Assembly (NCBI GenBank): GCA_030141605.1
Contig: JAQGDQ010000065.1
Span: 248,001-312,000 of the forward strand
Origin: Tubiluchus corallicola
Lineage: Eukaryota > Animalia > Priapulida
Reading direction: 5' to 3'
DNA: 64,000 nucleotides
Part shown: one piece after another, positions 51,325 through 64,000 of the stretch
How the letters are laid out: each line of letters starts with the position of its first letter
How positions within the stretch are numbered: the first letter of the stretch is position 1
Translations under genes and position numbers: made by a program
The notes under the pieces: generated by a model
Databases searched by the model: none
What the model saw: the letters and a program-made list of their open reading frames with translations, nothing else
What the model was told of the DNA's origin: nothing

Positions 51325-51569
51325 GTATGTAATTTTTTTTGAGAGCCATTTTTCTAGCTACTAAGGGAAGATGAGTATAACAATATGATGTTATGTAGTT
51401 ATGTAGCATTATATGCATACATACATACATACATACATACATACATACATACATACATACATACATACATACATACATACATACATACGTACGTACGTAC
51501 GTACGTACGTACATACATATATATATGTATATATATATATATATGTGTGTATATATATATATATATGTG

Positions 51570-51629
<60 letters not shown>

Positions 51630-54600
51630 ATATATATTGAGTGTACTCTTGTCAAGTGTAGATGATAACTTAGATAGCATAGAAATGGAGTCAAAAAGAA
51701 ATAAATACTTAGTAAAGCAGTCAAAAGGAAGTAATTGTAATGAGAATGTAAAATAGTTAAAGGAAGACATGTATAAGGAACATCAAAATTCGTATATATA
51801 TATATGTGTGTGTGTGTGTATATATATATAAATTCATTTTTACAATATTACTATGTGTTTATCAAAATTAGTGTTTTGAAAGATCTATTATTATCATCAA
51901 ATTAAAGTACAGGTACGTGTGTTATATCTTGTATTTGCAGGTCTGAAAAGGGTAGAAGCAGTACAGATTACAATAGAAGGCCAACTGGGCCAAAGAGATC
52001 CTCAGCAGCCAATGAAGAAACACGTCCCAGACCAAAGAAACGCAGTGGGCCAATGACTTTTGTTGATCCAGAACTGCAACATGATTTAAAGAGACCGCCC
52101 TTTAATTTTAAAGGCGTTACGAATGATGGTGTTTATTATGCTGTTCATCTAAAATAATTATGATTACTGTTTAATATACCGTATTTACGTAGTTTTTAGG
52201 GTGTTAATGTTAATTTGAGATCAGAAATGTATTAACTCTAACGAGAAGTATTGGCGATGATTATTTCACGCCAGGCTTTGATATCATAGGACAATTATTT
52301 TTGACATTAAGTAACACGACAGATACTTAAACTACAAAACAATCAGTTTTTATCTATCTTCCATTTATTTGAACAGATTGGTCAAAATGTATCTCTAGTA
52401 ATTTAGGTTCAGCCCATGTTATTTGTAAATTTCATGTCGTGAATGTGGTAAATCTTGTATTCCCCAAATTATCAAACCAATTAGTTTGAGAATCAAAGAA
52501 CAGATACAAAAACAACCTTTCTAATATGTGTATGTGCACAAATTATTCTGTAATTTACAAATTTTGACTTACTAAAGAGTAATACTGACTAAGAAATTTT
52601 TCATAAATTTGTTAAAACCGCTTTTGTTTTCTGAAATAGGAAGCTACATTTACAGCCGGCCGGGACATAATTGTATTGCTATTGAAAAACCCATTTCTGT
52701 AAGCTGTTGGGGCTTCATTGAGAAATGGTTTTAACTCATTTTTGAAAAATGCTTCCTTAATAAGTCAAATTTAGCATTGATTTTGTCTAGAATTGTAAAT
52801 TCTAGATTAGCAGATTACAGGACAGTTGGTGTAGTGTATTAGAGAAATGCCTGTGTTTACAGCTATGTTTTTTGATTCTCATTATAGATGGTCTGCTGGC
52901 TTACAAAATAATTTGTGACATACATGGTAATGAAATCTGTAAGTAACACTGGCTGAGCCTAATTTAAAAGAGATATATTTTTCCCTGTACATCCCATTTA
53001 CAGATTTATATGCACTTGACCTCCTGTCATGTTTGGTATTGAAAAGTGCCTAAATTTGTTTTAACTTTTTTAAAGAAAAAGAAACATGATAAGATGACTT
53101 TTTTGTATGCGGACTTACATTTACTTTAGTAGGACTATGTGACAACGTTTCTTTAAGGTACCACAATTAAATAGCTAAATGGATAAATAGTGAGAAAAAA
53201 ACAGTAGTTCAAAACTAAGTCTGAATACAAGATATTTTATATTTTAGGTGATAGCAGCCAGAGAGATTTTTATCCGCCTGGAAAACCAAGGAAAGGCAAC
53301 AATTACGACCCTAACAGTGAAGAAGAAAGTGGTATCCTGCATTAATACATTTAGTGAATACATTGCGCCTAATAATAGCACCTTTTGTAACATAATGAGT
53401 GATTGCAAAAGTACAAGTGCCTTGTAATATGATATTTATAGTAGTATTTTTTACATATATATAAACTTATTAGGAGTTTTAAAAACTAAAATTGGGTAAA
53501 AAGCTGTTTGATACATTAATGTACTACTATTTACCTTATACAAAATATAGTAACAGCCTGTTAAAAAAACATTTGTTCTTGTAACAAATGTTTTTTCACT
53601 TTTACTGTTTTTGATGCTAAAGTTAATGTTTATTTTGATTTAGTGCATCACAGACTTTAGATAACATGAAAACACAATTTGAAACCAATTTTAGACGTTC
53701 CTTGCTAATCATGCCAGTTTCTTTGTAAACTTAATTGGGAAACAACCATCATTGAAAAATCGTGATTAATGATTAGTTAAAACTCTTTGCAGTAAGAATG
53801 CAATAAAAATGTATATAAGAATAATTATACTTTTTTATGTGATGGTACAGTTGAACTGAATTCAGATGATGAAGCAGAACGTACACTGGCTTCTTTAAGA
53901 GAGGGAATGAAGAAATCACAAACTCCTAAGGAGCTGCCTCCACAAACAATCTCACCTACATCAATCGAATTTAATAAAGTGGAGCAGAATATCTCAAGTT
54001 AGTAAATTATGACATTGGACAATGTATTTTCTCAAGTAGCACTGATTTCAGCAGTAGCTTTCAGTGTATAATTGTAGAGTAGTACAATAATTTCGTGATT
54101 TATTTATACGAAAATTTTCCATACGATGTGCAAATTAATGGAGCTATAACGATACACCTAAGTCACGATACGATACATATCACAATACACCAGAGTTAAT
54201 GTTTGCAGGTTTTACAAAAAAAAACTAGACAAAGCTGTTGATAATAAGCGCTAAGCATAGTTATCAATCTGCAGTTTTGAGATTGCTAAACGCTAAAATA
54301 ACTCGACAAACTATTTGATTTTTATTTATTACTTGTGTAATGTGTAGGCTATTGTTTGCATCATAAGCCGTAAAAAAAGCAAAACATCAATATTTTAGGT
54401 TTAAAAGTTACTTATGCATTTTCTTGTTCACGTTTGTCATTTCACAAGTTTATATGCAAACAATGTAATTATCCTACTGCATATTAAACACCTTGCGCTT
54501 TTTAACTGCTTTGGCTACTAGCAGTGTCTATGGTAAGTCAACTAGTACTCACTGCACTGGTTGATAGGTATCTACGGTACACTCTACAGATGCAGTTTGT

Positions 54601-57600
54601 GATTCAACCTGATGATGATTAAATCGTTTTCATCAGCATACGGTCAAGCGCATGTTAATTCGCTAAATATCAATGACTCAGGTTATCATAATACGGGAGC
54701 ACTTTGGTGACACGCAGATTGTAGTAAAAGATATCATCATGCATTAATACATTGAATGTATCATTACAGGACTATAGACTAAGAAGTGTCTGTTCACAGG
54801 TAGCAGTTAACGGGAAGAAGAGGATTTGTTTCATTCTTCTTCATTGCTGAAGGTTGTCTGATCTATTGTTCGTTTAAAAATAATTGTCTGAGAAAATATT
54901 CTAATTTTACAATTTTTGTAGATAATGCAACACAAGAAGATCACAAGGACATTGCATCATCTCTGAAGTCATCAAAGTCGGCTATCAGAAATTTTGGTAA
55001 CAAACTGAGCAGAGGGATGAAACATGACCTTGTGAAAGGTTATCTTTTTTAATTTATGTAGCTGCGTGTGAACTCCTGAGTGATTTATCATTCTTGTGCC
55101 ACAACATTGACTTTTTTTTAGTTTTTTTTAGTTATTAGAACCCTTAAAAGACATTTCCTTACAAAGCATATTTCTGTTTTCTGTCTCCTTATAAGTGAGT
55201 CTGGTTGTGTAATTGTGCCTGGATAATGTGAGAAACTAAATCCTACTTTGTCCTGTGAAAATTGATTGGTGTTGGAATTAACAAAAATGGATAATTTTGA
55301 GATACTTGGTTTGAAAACTGTACCTTTGAATTTGGACTATATGAATAATCTTTTCTATATGAATATCTGAATAATTTTTTTCCAAGGCAGTGCCAACAAA
55401 GAGTCTCAGTCCAGTCCCTCAGGTTCACCTATATCCATCGATATTCTGCTGCTTGGTTCCCTAATGAAACATGTCAAGTATTTTAAGACACATTTATCTT
55501 CATTTTAATAGCCCTCAGCCAATATCTGCTATCACTCAGTGGTCTAAATTCTGTAAGCACAATTGCTCCTCTACTTATTTGTCTATCAAAACCTTAACTT
55601 GGACTTATTGGCCCCAGTTTGCTGTGTTAGTATATTATTTAGCTCCTGAATATAGATACAGTAAGTCCTTGCTTAACGATGCCAATGCATTCCTGTAAAA
55701 GTGAGTTAAGCGAATCTTTGTTAAACAAAGCCATTACTTTTATGGAAAATAAAATAAATGCACTGAGACCTTCCTGGAGCAAGAAGAAAAAGTGCTTAGT
55801 TCATTATTTGACTAGAGTTACCAGTAGAAGGGGATCCATGGTCACACCGAGTAATATTAGGTTACGAAATTTTTCAGTATTGCTTACTCTTATGAAATGT
55901 CTGTTATTATACATTTTTTGAATATTTATACGATTAATTATTTTTATGTAGTGACAAAATCTGCTGACTTGGAACATTGTGATTATTCTGTAATGTACAC
56001 ATATTTGTGTAGTAAGCAAATATAATATGTTGGCCAACAGTTAGTAAGCATAAATGATTAATGCTAAAGCATTCCAGTTTCATTGTTCTACATTGTCTAG
56101 ATTCTGAGGTAATATGCTTTTGCTTTGCATTTATATCTTATTAGACTTTTTCTGCTATGATAGCAATATAAATTTTAAATTCAGTAACATGTTAATATAT
56201 ATATATATATATAATTACCAAATTTTGTTTTACTAATCCTATAAAAATTATGTTGTGACTGTTTATGATGCTTGGGTTCCAAACAGCTTCATAAGAATAG
56301 ACTGTTATAGGTTTAACTTGTATGAAATGCTTTTTCACCTCTTTGCACGTTTGTCAGCCTTGCAACGAGAACCACTTCTGTTTTGGTTCTAGATGTTATT
56401 TTACCGACTTTATAAATGTTTCCTATTATGTTAGGAAAACTTATAAATCGTACAAGTTCTCAAGTTCAGATCATTTCTACTTTTAATTTTGTGTGTCATT
56501 TCATTTTTGTAAGTTCATTAGGATGTGCATAAGAATAGGTGCAACCAAGGTGCAAGTCAACGTTTCAAGCCTATTCAGCCTAGGTTCAATGTTTATTTCA
56601 TCAGTCATATATATTTTCTATTGTAATTTGTGTGTGATCAATTGCAGGTTCACCGTCACGTTCACAAGAACAGCTTGTATCCCATTCAAAGTCCGGCAGT
56701 GAATCCGCAATTCCTACTAGTCACAATATGATGTATCCAGTTCAACCATCACACGAGAAAAAGACTGTTTCATTTGACACTGCTAGTTCACACCCACCAA
56801 CAACTTTACCTGATGTATACTCATTATCAGTTTCTGATGCAAGGTAAGTTTAATGGATCAGATCTGACTCACTCTGGCCTAGTAGAGATGTAATAGTAGA
56901 GTAGATAGATCAGGTTGTATAGTTAATTCTAGTGCTACCTAAGATCACATTTTTTTGCATTCTTGTCGTCGCTTGGTGCGTCAACTTTTACAAAACACAT
57001 TGCTAATAATTGAAGTAGTAACATCACCTTTTCACTTTCAGAAATAACATTTACATTTCTACAAAAACGTGCATCCTAGAGTTTCATTTCAGTCTTTGCA
57101 GTAACTTTAGCATTATTTATCATTACAGTTTTGCTAAGAAGTATTTGTTTTTTAAAATGTCTCATCTTACTTTCAATTAGTGAAATACTGCAAAATCGAA
57201 AAAGCAAGTCAAGCAATATTATAGTAATGTTTCACTTGAAAAATAGAATAAATTAGCTATGTTAAAATGCACAAATGTAACTGTAGATGGTGTGAGCAAA
57301 GATACATAAAATTATTGTATATTGAAAATACTAAAAGAAACAAAATTTAAAGAAAACAATAGGGCTGGATAAAATTGAATATCTTGATAGTATTGTTATT
57401 TTTGAAAATTACATTTGTGGAAATTTGTTTTTGGCTTGCAAATTACAGTTATCAGATGAAAGTTAGCCTGTAGATAAACTTTGATTAAAACATGAAATGA
57501 AATTTCTAAACTAAAACTTTTTGGCATTAGATTAGTTGAGACGGGAATGCAACAGACAGAGAAGAAGATATTTAGGCTAATAGAAAATGAAATCCTCAGT

Positions 57601-59684
57601 TGTGGAATTAAGATATTTTTTAAGTTTCTTTATGTAGTGTGCTCCTTTAATCATCAATCTTATATTTGGACATTTTTAGTTTTTCTGTGATGGGCTTCAA
57701 AAAACTGTCTTTATAAAGTAGACTGCTTTTTTGTTTTTGTGATTATTGTGGCAGCAATAAATGAATTCTAATACTATAAGGCTAAACCACATTTGGTTGC
57801 TTCCATTTTTGGAACATAAAACAGATTGCTAAATTATGGTTAGTTGCTTTGCCTCTGAAAATTTTGCTGATCTTAATGTTGTTTTATAGAACTTCTTTTT
57901 ATCGACTATAATAGGAGATTAAAATTTTGTTTTTACATTCTCAGCAGTATGTCAACCAAACCAGTATCTTTCAGTACTAGTAATCTGTTTTCAATTTTAA
58001 TTATGTAAGTGAACTGGATTGAATGCAGAATGGCATCTACCTTTATAGTATATTAATGCAAAAATCAATATATAACAAAATCACATTAACAAAGACAAGC
58101 ACAACAGTATTTGAGTTTAGAGTGCACATTTTCTTTTTTTCTATTAACTAATACTGGCTTAAAACAACACTGAAGTCATTCTTAATGTTAAGCTCAAATC
58201 ATACGCCGTAGTTTTGTCCACACTTGCTTTACTGCAATCAGTATTTTTAACCATTTGCTAACTTCTGCCCTACTCTCGACCACCCCATCTCACTGCAAAA
58301 CTTTCACTCATTTTGTCTTAAAAACTTTGTGTTGTTTTGTATTCTGTTTGATGTTTTACTAATTGTTATGCAGTCACACTTTAAAGTTGACTAACTGTGG
58401 AGGAAACAATTCACTTTTGACAATTTTAGTCTTGCTATGTGTTAGTTTTTTAATCTTACACATTTTATTTTATGTTGAACAAGTGTTTTTACTGATCTTG
58501 ATAACCACAACCTGCAAGAAAGATAATAAAATTTTTGAAAAGCCATTTTTTTTAAATTGTAGTGAATAATGTATTTTAACAAATGTGACACAGTCTTTTA
58601 CTCTAGCTTATTTTAGTTTAGTACTTACGTATTTCTAGTTATCAAAGTTTACAGTTTTTCTCTATTTTAATTTATCTGCTATTGTGGTTGTGTACTTTTT
58701 ACCAAAATAATTAATGCATAGGTAATATTGTTAAATTGTCTTGTTAATTTTAGTCTTCAAGTTCTGAGAGTAACATGAGATGTGTTAAAACGTCACAGTA
58801 TAATTTCTTAACATTTTCGTCAGTAAGCTATAATTTGTTGTTGCAAAGACACCACTTTCAGAAACACTTGCAAAAGCATTTTGATAGAGACAATTATTAA
58901 AAATGATTTACTGGAAATGGAACATGGTGCAATTTTTTGAAATTATGTGTTACTGTGATTTACATTTATTTTCAGATCAACATATTATTTTGAGCGTGGA
59001 GTGACTGAGTACTTGGTTCCTCACCAAGATGTAACACCATCTACTATAAGTGACTTTGCTGACAGGTTAGTTTGCTTGCTATAGTAATCCATTTGTAGTA
59101 CTTATTAATTTTTGAGTTCACGTTCATGTTTATCAGTTTATCTCTTATTCTAGAACTTGCAGAAGTGCCATTTTTGGGTTTGCTATGCACAATAATTGCA
59201 CATGCAGACTTATTACTTATTAGTTTCCTTTGGTGTGTATATCATCTTACTGAATTTTTGACAATAAAATTCTAAAATAAAATATTTTTGTTGCAGATCG
59301 GAGTTGGTTTCATATAGAATGTGGAGAGAGTGCTTTGCTGTTTTTAGATTTCCTGTTGACTTTGTAATTATTTTCTTTCTTGAACTTGCTCGGTTTCTTT
59401 TCCGCAGTATTTTTCTGCAGTTAGTTGTTGGACTCATAACTGTAGTCGGTGATTATGGGATAAAACCACTGTTTGCTGCATTGTTCAGCAGCTTCATTCA
59501 ACCGTCCGCAACATTACTGGCAAATGTGGCCATTTCACTACGACAGATTTGTGAACCATTATTTGCAATCATTCATAGTATTGCTGTAGAATTAGCAGTC
59601 GTGTTACGAGCTTTCAGACTGGTAGAGTGGAACAGTCATTACGAGACAAGGGATCAGCTCAAAGGAATCACAGAAAATGTGTGA
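51236..59684 (+). CDS. Uncharacterized protein (at least 432 aa): disordered N-terminus plus caveolin-like amphipathic/hydrophobic C-terminal domain; whole spliced CDS, start codon uncertain (candidate ATG at 51182)
   Basis: Eight exons join in one open frame with consistent phases (1299 nt including stop). Confidence 0.8.
51416..51638. repeat. Compound (ACAT)n(ACGT)n(AT)n(CA)n microsatellite
   Basis: Directly visible. Confidence 0.95.
51941..52128 (+). CDS. Uncharacterized gene exon B
   Basis: TTTGCAG acceptor, open frame phase 2-1; weak donor (GTGTTT). Confidence 0.72.
53248..53331 (+). CDS. Uncharacterized gene exon C
   Basis: TTTTAG acceptor, 84 nt, phase 1-1, purine-rich. Confidence 0.72.
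53851..53997 (+). CDS. Uncharacterized gene exon D
   Basis: 147 nt, phase 1-1, ACAG and GTTAGT sites. Confidence 0.75.
54139..54774. mobile_element. Decayed hAT-like MITE
   Basis: Ends resemble TAGGGCTGTAACGATAC / GTATCGTTACAGCCCTA, with GATAC subterminal repeats; no TSD found. Confidence 0.45.
54922..55038 (+). CDS. Uncharacterized gene exon E
   Basis: 117 nt, phase 1-1, TTTGTAG acceptor. Confidence 0.72.
55657..55780 (+). mobile_element. Tigger-like element left end
   Basis: TACAGTAAGTCCTTGCTTAACG... terminus; other end not found. Confidence 0.4.
56648..56843 (+). CDS. Uncharacterized gene exon F
   Basis: TTGCAG and GTAAGT sites, phase 1-2, open frame. Confidence 0.78.
58976..59065 (+). 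CDS. Uncharacterized gene exon G ([18 protein letters not shown]...)
   Basis: TTTTCAG and GTTAGT sites, 90 nt, phase 2-2. Confidence 0.8.
59297..59684 (+). CDS. Uncharacterized gene terminal exon H (hydrophobic helical domain)
   Basis: ORF 59304..59684; TTGCAG acceptor in frame with exon G. Confidence 0.85.
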
Positions 59685-60625
59685 GTAGTAAACATGCTTA
59701 CAGAAATTAGTTAATACTGTTTTATCTGCAGTTGTTTTGACGACAAATTTTCTCGAGTATTTTACCATGGCCGTGGTTACAGTTGACCTTGCATAACTTT
59801 TTACATGCATGTAATTGAGACATTTACTTGCAGCTTTAATGTAAACTACTGGTCTACTGCTTTCACTGTTATGATTGTCATTTCAATTGCTGATTATTTA
59901 TTGAAGCTGATGAGTAAAGTGTGTGACTTGGCATATGAAAGAGATGTCCTCAGATTAGTTTTTTCGCAGTGGTTATTTTTCCTTCTGAACAAAGTTGCAA
60001 GAGTGGATATAGTAACGCATCCTTTCGTGCTTCCATTCACTTGCAATTCCGGATTATTTGCCTTGTGGACAAGTATCAAACTGTTTGATTCAAAAATTTC
60101 ATCTTTCGCGTGTAAGTCCCCCGTCAATAGTAAAGGATTCTCAAGGTCACAACACCAAACACTTGAAAATCTTACGAGTCTCTGTTGCAAGGGTATGCCA
60201 TATTTAGCAGTGCTTTGTGCATCGTCTAATTATCGTATTTAATTGTAAACATCCTAGCCATTTAATAGAATCTCAACGCTATCATCTTGTGAAATAGATG
60301 TTCTTGGATTACTTTATGCAATAGTCATTTATAATCTAAGTGTCTATTTAGAGGAATTTCACCACTATAAAATGGAAATTTATAGATGTTAGTGTGTTAG
60401 TTTTTAGGACAAAGCTGCATCATTACAAGAGTAATGTCAGTCCATGTTGTATTATTATGTTAGCAATGATTTTTTTCTGTCCTGCAATCATATACAAATA
60501 TATCGTTTTCTGTAGCATTAGTTTTAACTTGTGTGTCGTAGTTTTTTAGGTACGAGAAGTTTGCATGTTTTGTTTAAGTGACGTCTCTTATGAACCGTAT
60601 ATTTATATTTTAAAGCACATTTAAT

Positions 60626-60631
60626 AATAAA
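60626..60631 (+). terminator. Candidate polyadenylation signal of the uncharacterized gene
   Basis: AATAAA about 940 nt after the stop, preceded by T-rich UTR-like sequence. Confidence 0.45.
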
Positions 60632-61960
60632 CTTGACATAATGCTGTGATATGCTCTGCATCATGATAATGTTGCCATTAGCCTGATGTGCGTCCAAATA
60701 AAATATGTAAAACTATATCTCGCTGTTCACTGTTGTCCTATGTGGAGTTGTAAAGTGGGGAAATTTCAAATGAGAAAGCAGTATTAAGCATTTATCATTC
60801 ATGCTATGGTACCCAAAGTGGTCAAAATGCTGTTGTCCTATATTTCTAGGCCACATTTTTTTGTAACCAGCAGCCTTTAAAGGAAAACCGGACGATTGTG
60901 TAAACATTAGTTTAGAATAAGGAATACTCTAAAATATTGAAAACTACAATAGCTTTTTTAAATTAAAGTTTAGATTAAATAAATATAATAATTACCTCAG
61001 ATACTGAAATTTTGTTAAAACTCAAAGCTACTCGTGGCTCAGTGAATTTACTAAGATTGGCAACGGCACCTTTTTGCGACGTGTGTGGCCGACAAATAGA
61101 AGGCAGTACAGTGGTACAGTAATAACCATGATTATGAACTGCAGTGTTAGTTTCTGACGTCATATGACGTAGAGCCCATTTTTGTTATATCACGCATTAA
61201 AACAGTAACACTTATGCAAACGAGCAATAGCTGTGTTCGGTTGCCATTAATTTACTTTTTAAGCTAATTATTCAAACAAATAAGAAACAACTGCTAACTT
61301 TTATAGGCAAGAAAATGTGTATTTTGGACTGTAAATTAAAATGAGATCGAGTCTAGATAATCATCCCATTTTCCTTTAAGCTGTAACTATGAATCATTTC
61401 ACCACATTTTGAATTTTATTATAATGGAACGGACATTAGATACCAATGTGTGATTCCATACATGCTTCATTTTATCAGAGGTCTTTGTTTTGCCCTTTCT
61501 TTGTTGGTATAATTAAACAAAGCTGATAAACGTATCACTGTACGTCATTTATTATGCAGATCATAGGTAACGTGTGTAGTTCATCAAATGTTAGCTGTGG
61601 AAAAGCACATGTATATATATACTGTAGCACTATACTGAATTAATTTATTCATTGAATCAGCTGCACTCAAATAATATACATGAAGTAACAAATGTTCACA
61701 ACTGTACTTTTAATAGTGTACTTCTTTAATAAGTTGATAAATAAAAACTATTTCTTTTTCAATGGAAAAATGATCATTGCGCACTTCGCTGTTACATCAT
61801 GTAACTTACAAATAATTGTATTTCCAGTCCCTGTATTTTGTTACTTATTTGTTATTATTATTACTACTATTATTATCATTTATTTTCAGTTGATAAACTA
61901 TGTGTATACATACACATGTACTCCTATGCACCTGTATATAGACACTTTATTACACTATAG

Positions 61961-62588
61961 CAGGAGTCCCCAAACTTTTGAGACCATTGACCTCTTCATG
62001 GAATTTTTGATTTCTCATTGAATCCCAGGCATGTACAAAAAAATAAATATTAATAATAATTAAGTAGATGTGCAATTTCCATATACATCAGTAAAGGAAA
62101 ATGCATACCAAGCCCTGTGAAAGTGTTGTTCTGTATCCTCTCCCCCTTAAATACATTAAATAAAATTAACAACTTTTCATTGAATATGTTGATATCATTA
62201 ATGGGAAGGATGTGTTTGATGAGCAAATTAATGCTTCTATGTGGAAACAGGTGTTATTATAACGGTCCATTGTCTAGTGATTCCAAGTAACAATAAATTA
62301 TTGTACTATATATTATTATCATTATGTTTCACTAAAAAGAATATAAAATAAATAGACAGTGAAAACTAAAATTTTATATATAAATTAGAAACGTGTATCA
62401 GCAAGTTATATTTCGTGTACCTTTATTTCTTATACGAATGTTAGCTTTCGACCCCAAAACTACAAATGCCCCGGATTTATCAACCCTTTTTTGAACCCCA
62501 GGCATTTGTCGAAGCCTTCTTGATCCCAGGCATTTATCGACCCCTCGGATAGTCCCAGGGGTTGAATAGACTATTTTGGAAACCCCTG
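61961..62588. mobile_element. hAT (Charlie-like) MITE
   Basis: Ends CAGGAGTCCCCAAA ... TTTGGAAACCCCTG, exact 8-bp TSD CACTATAG. Confidence 0.85.
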
Positions 62589-62674
62589 CACTATAGCATA
62601 ATTTAATTTTTTAGCTTTGTACAAATAGTCAAATACAGTACTCTGTAGAACTTCGCACAGTTTCCTTTAAAGCA

Positions 62675-62721
62675 GGTCTTGGGTTCGAGTCGGAGTGGAG
62701 GCGCCAAATTTTTAGACTTTC
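62675..62721 (+). mobile_element. tRNA-derived SINE fragment (copy 2)
   Basis: GGTCTTGGGTTCGAGTC...AAATTTTTAGACTTTC shared with 24374-24420. Confidence 0.55.
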
Positions 62722-63777
62722 AGTATCACTTTTGTGCATTTACATAACTTCATAACTCAAAAGAATTGTTGGTATATGTTTTAAGAGTGAAAGAAGTTTC
62801 AAATGTCTATACAATCATAAATTGATAATCAGATTATTACCCCTTGAGGCAAATGTATCTCGGGCACAGTGCAAGAACGAGGCACTGTGACATAGTTCAG
62901 GCACAATGCAAGAACTGGGGTAGTAATCAATACTTTGGCCAAGCTGAAACACTGTAACTATATAACTATATAAGTATATTTTGGAAAGTCTATGGAAATT
63001 AATAGGCCTGCATTGAATGTTAATTTGTGATTATAAAGTTAAACAAGTTCAAGAATTATAACATAATGTAACCAACACATAACTATAACTTTGATATACA
63101 GTATGAGGCACATTGCTAAGTTTCTGCATTTCACTCAATTATAATTTTATCAAAAACCTAGCTATCTAGTGGGTCTGTAAAATTTCCTTGTAAATTTTGG
63201 CAACAACTTAGCAGTACTTACAGTTTTAAGCATCTGCAAGATGCTCTACAATTAGGGGTAATAGTAATCAGTAAGCTTGGTTGTAGCTGTTTATGTACTG
63301 TAGCCATTACAATTACAATGTTCAGAAAGCATGACTTGATACAAGTATTGGAGATGAGCCCATATGAGCTGCTGCGCTCATTAATCTTAATTTACCTACA
63401 CTTTTATATTACTAAATGTGTAAAGGCTGAATTCTGCAACAACAGTTAATATTTTTTCTATTAAAACTATAGTACTTAATTACAACTGACAGTTTGCCAT
63501 TAACTTGAAAGCCATTATATATTTCTTATTGAGATAGGCATTATTTTACTTATTATTTACCTTCTTTCTGAACAGATTTTTTTGAGTGAAATCAGATTTC
63601 TCAATAATGTACATGTAATCTGAACAACTTGCAACTTATTTCTTCTCTGCTTAGTTTAATATGCAACTAATAAAGAATGGCATTAAACAAGAACATTTGG
63701 TAACCTTTGCTTGAAAGAGATGCTATTAGAACAAACATAAACAAGCACTACACAGTCATAAGCAGTACATCTAGTAA

Positions 63778-63783
63778 TTTATT
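63778..63783 (-). terminator. Polyadenylation signal of RPS16
   Basis: AATAAA on the minus strand about 25 nt after the stop, typical of short ribosomal protein 3' UTRs. Confidence 0.75.
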
Positions 63784-63807
63784 ACTCATCAGCCATCACA
63801 AAAAAGA

Positions 63808-63953
63808 TTAACGATAGGACTTCTGGTAGCGGGCACGAGGTCCAGGTCCTCCAAACTTTTTCGGCTCTCGCCTTCGGGGATCTGCTACAAGAAGTGACTT
63901 ATCATACTGAATGAGAATGTCTTTAATTTCTTTCTTTGATGCTTCATCCACGT
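63808..63953 (-). CDS. RPS16: 40S ribosomal protein S16 (uS9), last coding exon; the rest of the gene lies beyond the window
   Basis: [44 protein letters not shown]; TTGCAG acceptor. Confidence 0.95.
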
Positions 63954-64000
63954 CTGCAATGAAGTGAAATTCATTTACACTATAGTTCATGTTTTAGCTC

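Noticed and set aside
51317-51770. Several overlapping ORFs (YIHT/VCMY repeats); likewise ORFs at 14311, 15123, 40247 and 40333
   Set aside because: Translations of microsatellites
59907-59960. CTGATGA...GAAA hammerhead-like spacing in a 3' UTR
   Set aside because: Stem I does not pair and stem II is poor
59805-60242. 145-aa plus ORF and antiparallel 98-aa ORF
   Set aside because: Lie in the inferred 3' UTR of the orphan gene; no recognisable motifs or splice context

Overview
AT-rich eukaryotic (invertebrate animal-like) genomic DNA with spliced genes; most entries in the supplied ORF track are spurious or are single exons. Three protein-coding genes were reconstructed by hand from GT-AG splice sites with consistent phases. 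(1) A complete 22-coding-exon minus-strand ANKS1A/ANKS1B orthologue (ankyrin repeats, long disordered linker, 2 SAM, PTB; CDS 49502->4954, 4587 nt, 1528 aa). (2) A divergently transcribed plus-strand uncharacterized gene (8 exons found, 51236->59684, at least 432 aa, start uncertain) with a disordered N-terminus and a caveolin-like amphipathic C-terminal domain. (3) The last exon of RPS16 on the minus strand at the right edge. Introns hold many mobile-element relics: a Merlin-like element with 8-bp TSD, hAT, Harbinger, mariner and pogo MITEs, an RTE-X-like LINE fragment, a Penelope GIY-YIG remnant and tRNA-derived SINEs, plus a 4x131-bp hairpin-containing tandem array, a foldback palindrome and microsatellites. 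No prokaryote-type system (CRISPR, operon) and no rRNA or intact tRNA was seen. The most interesting candidates are the caveolin-like orphan gene, a cluster of SH2-docking tyrosines in the ANKS1 linker, and possible alternative ANKS1 isoforms.
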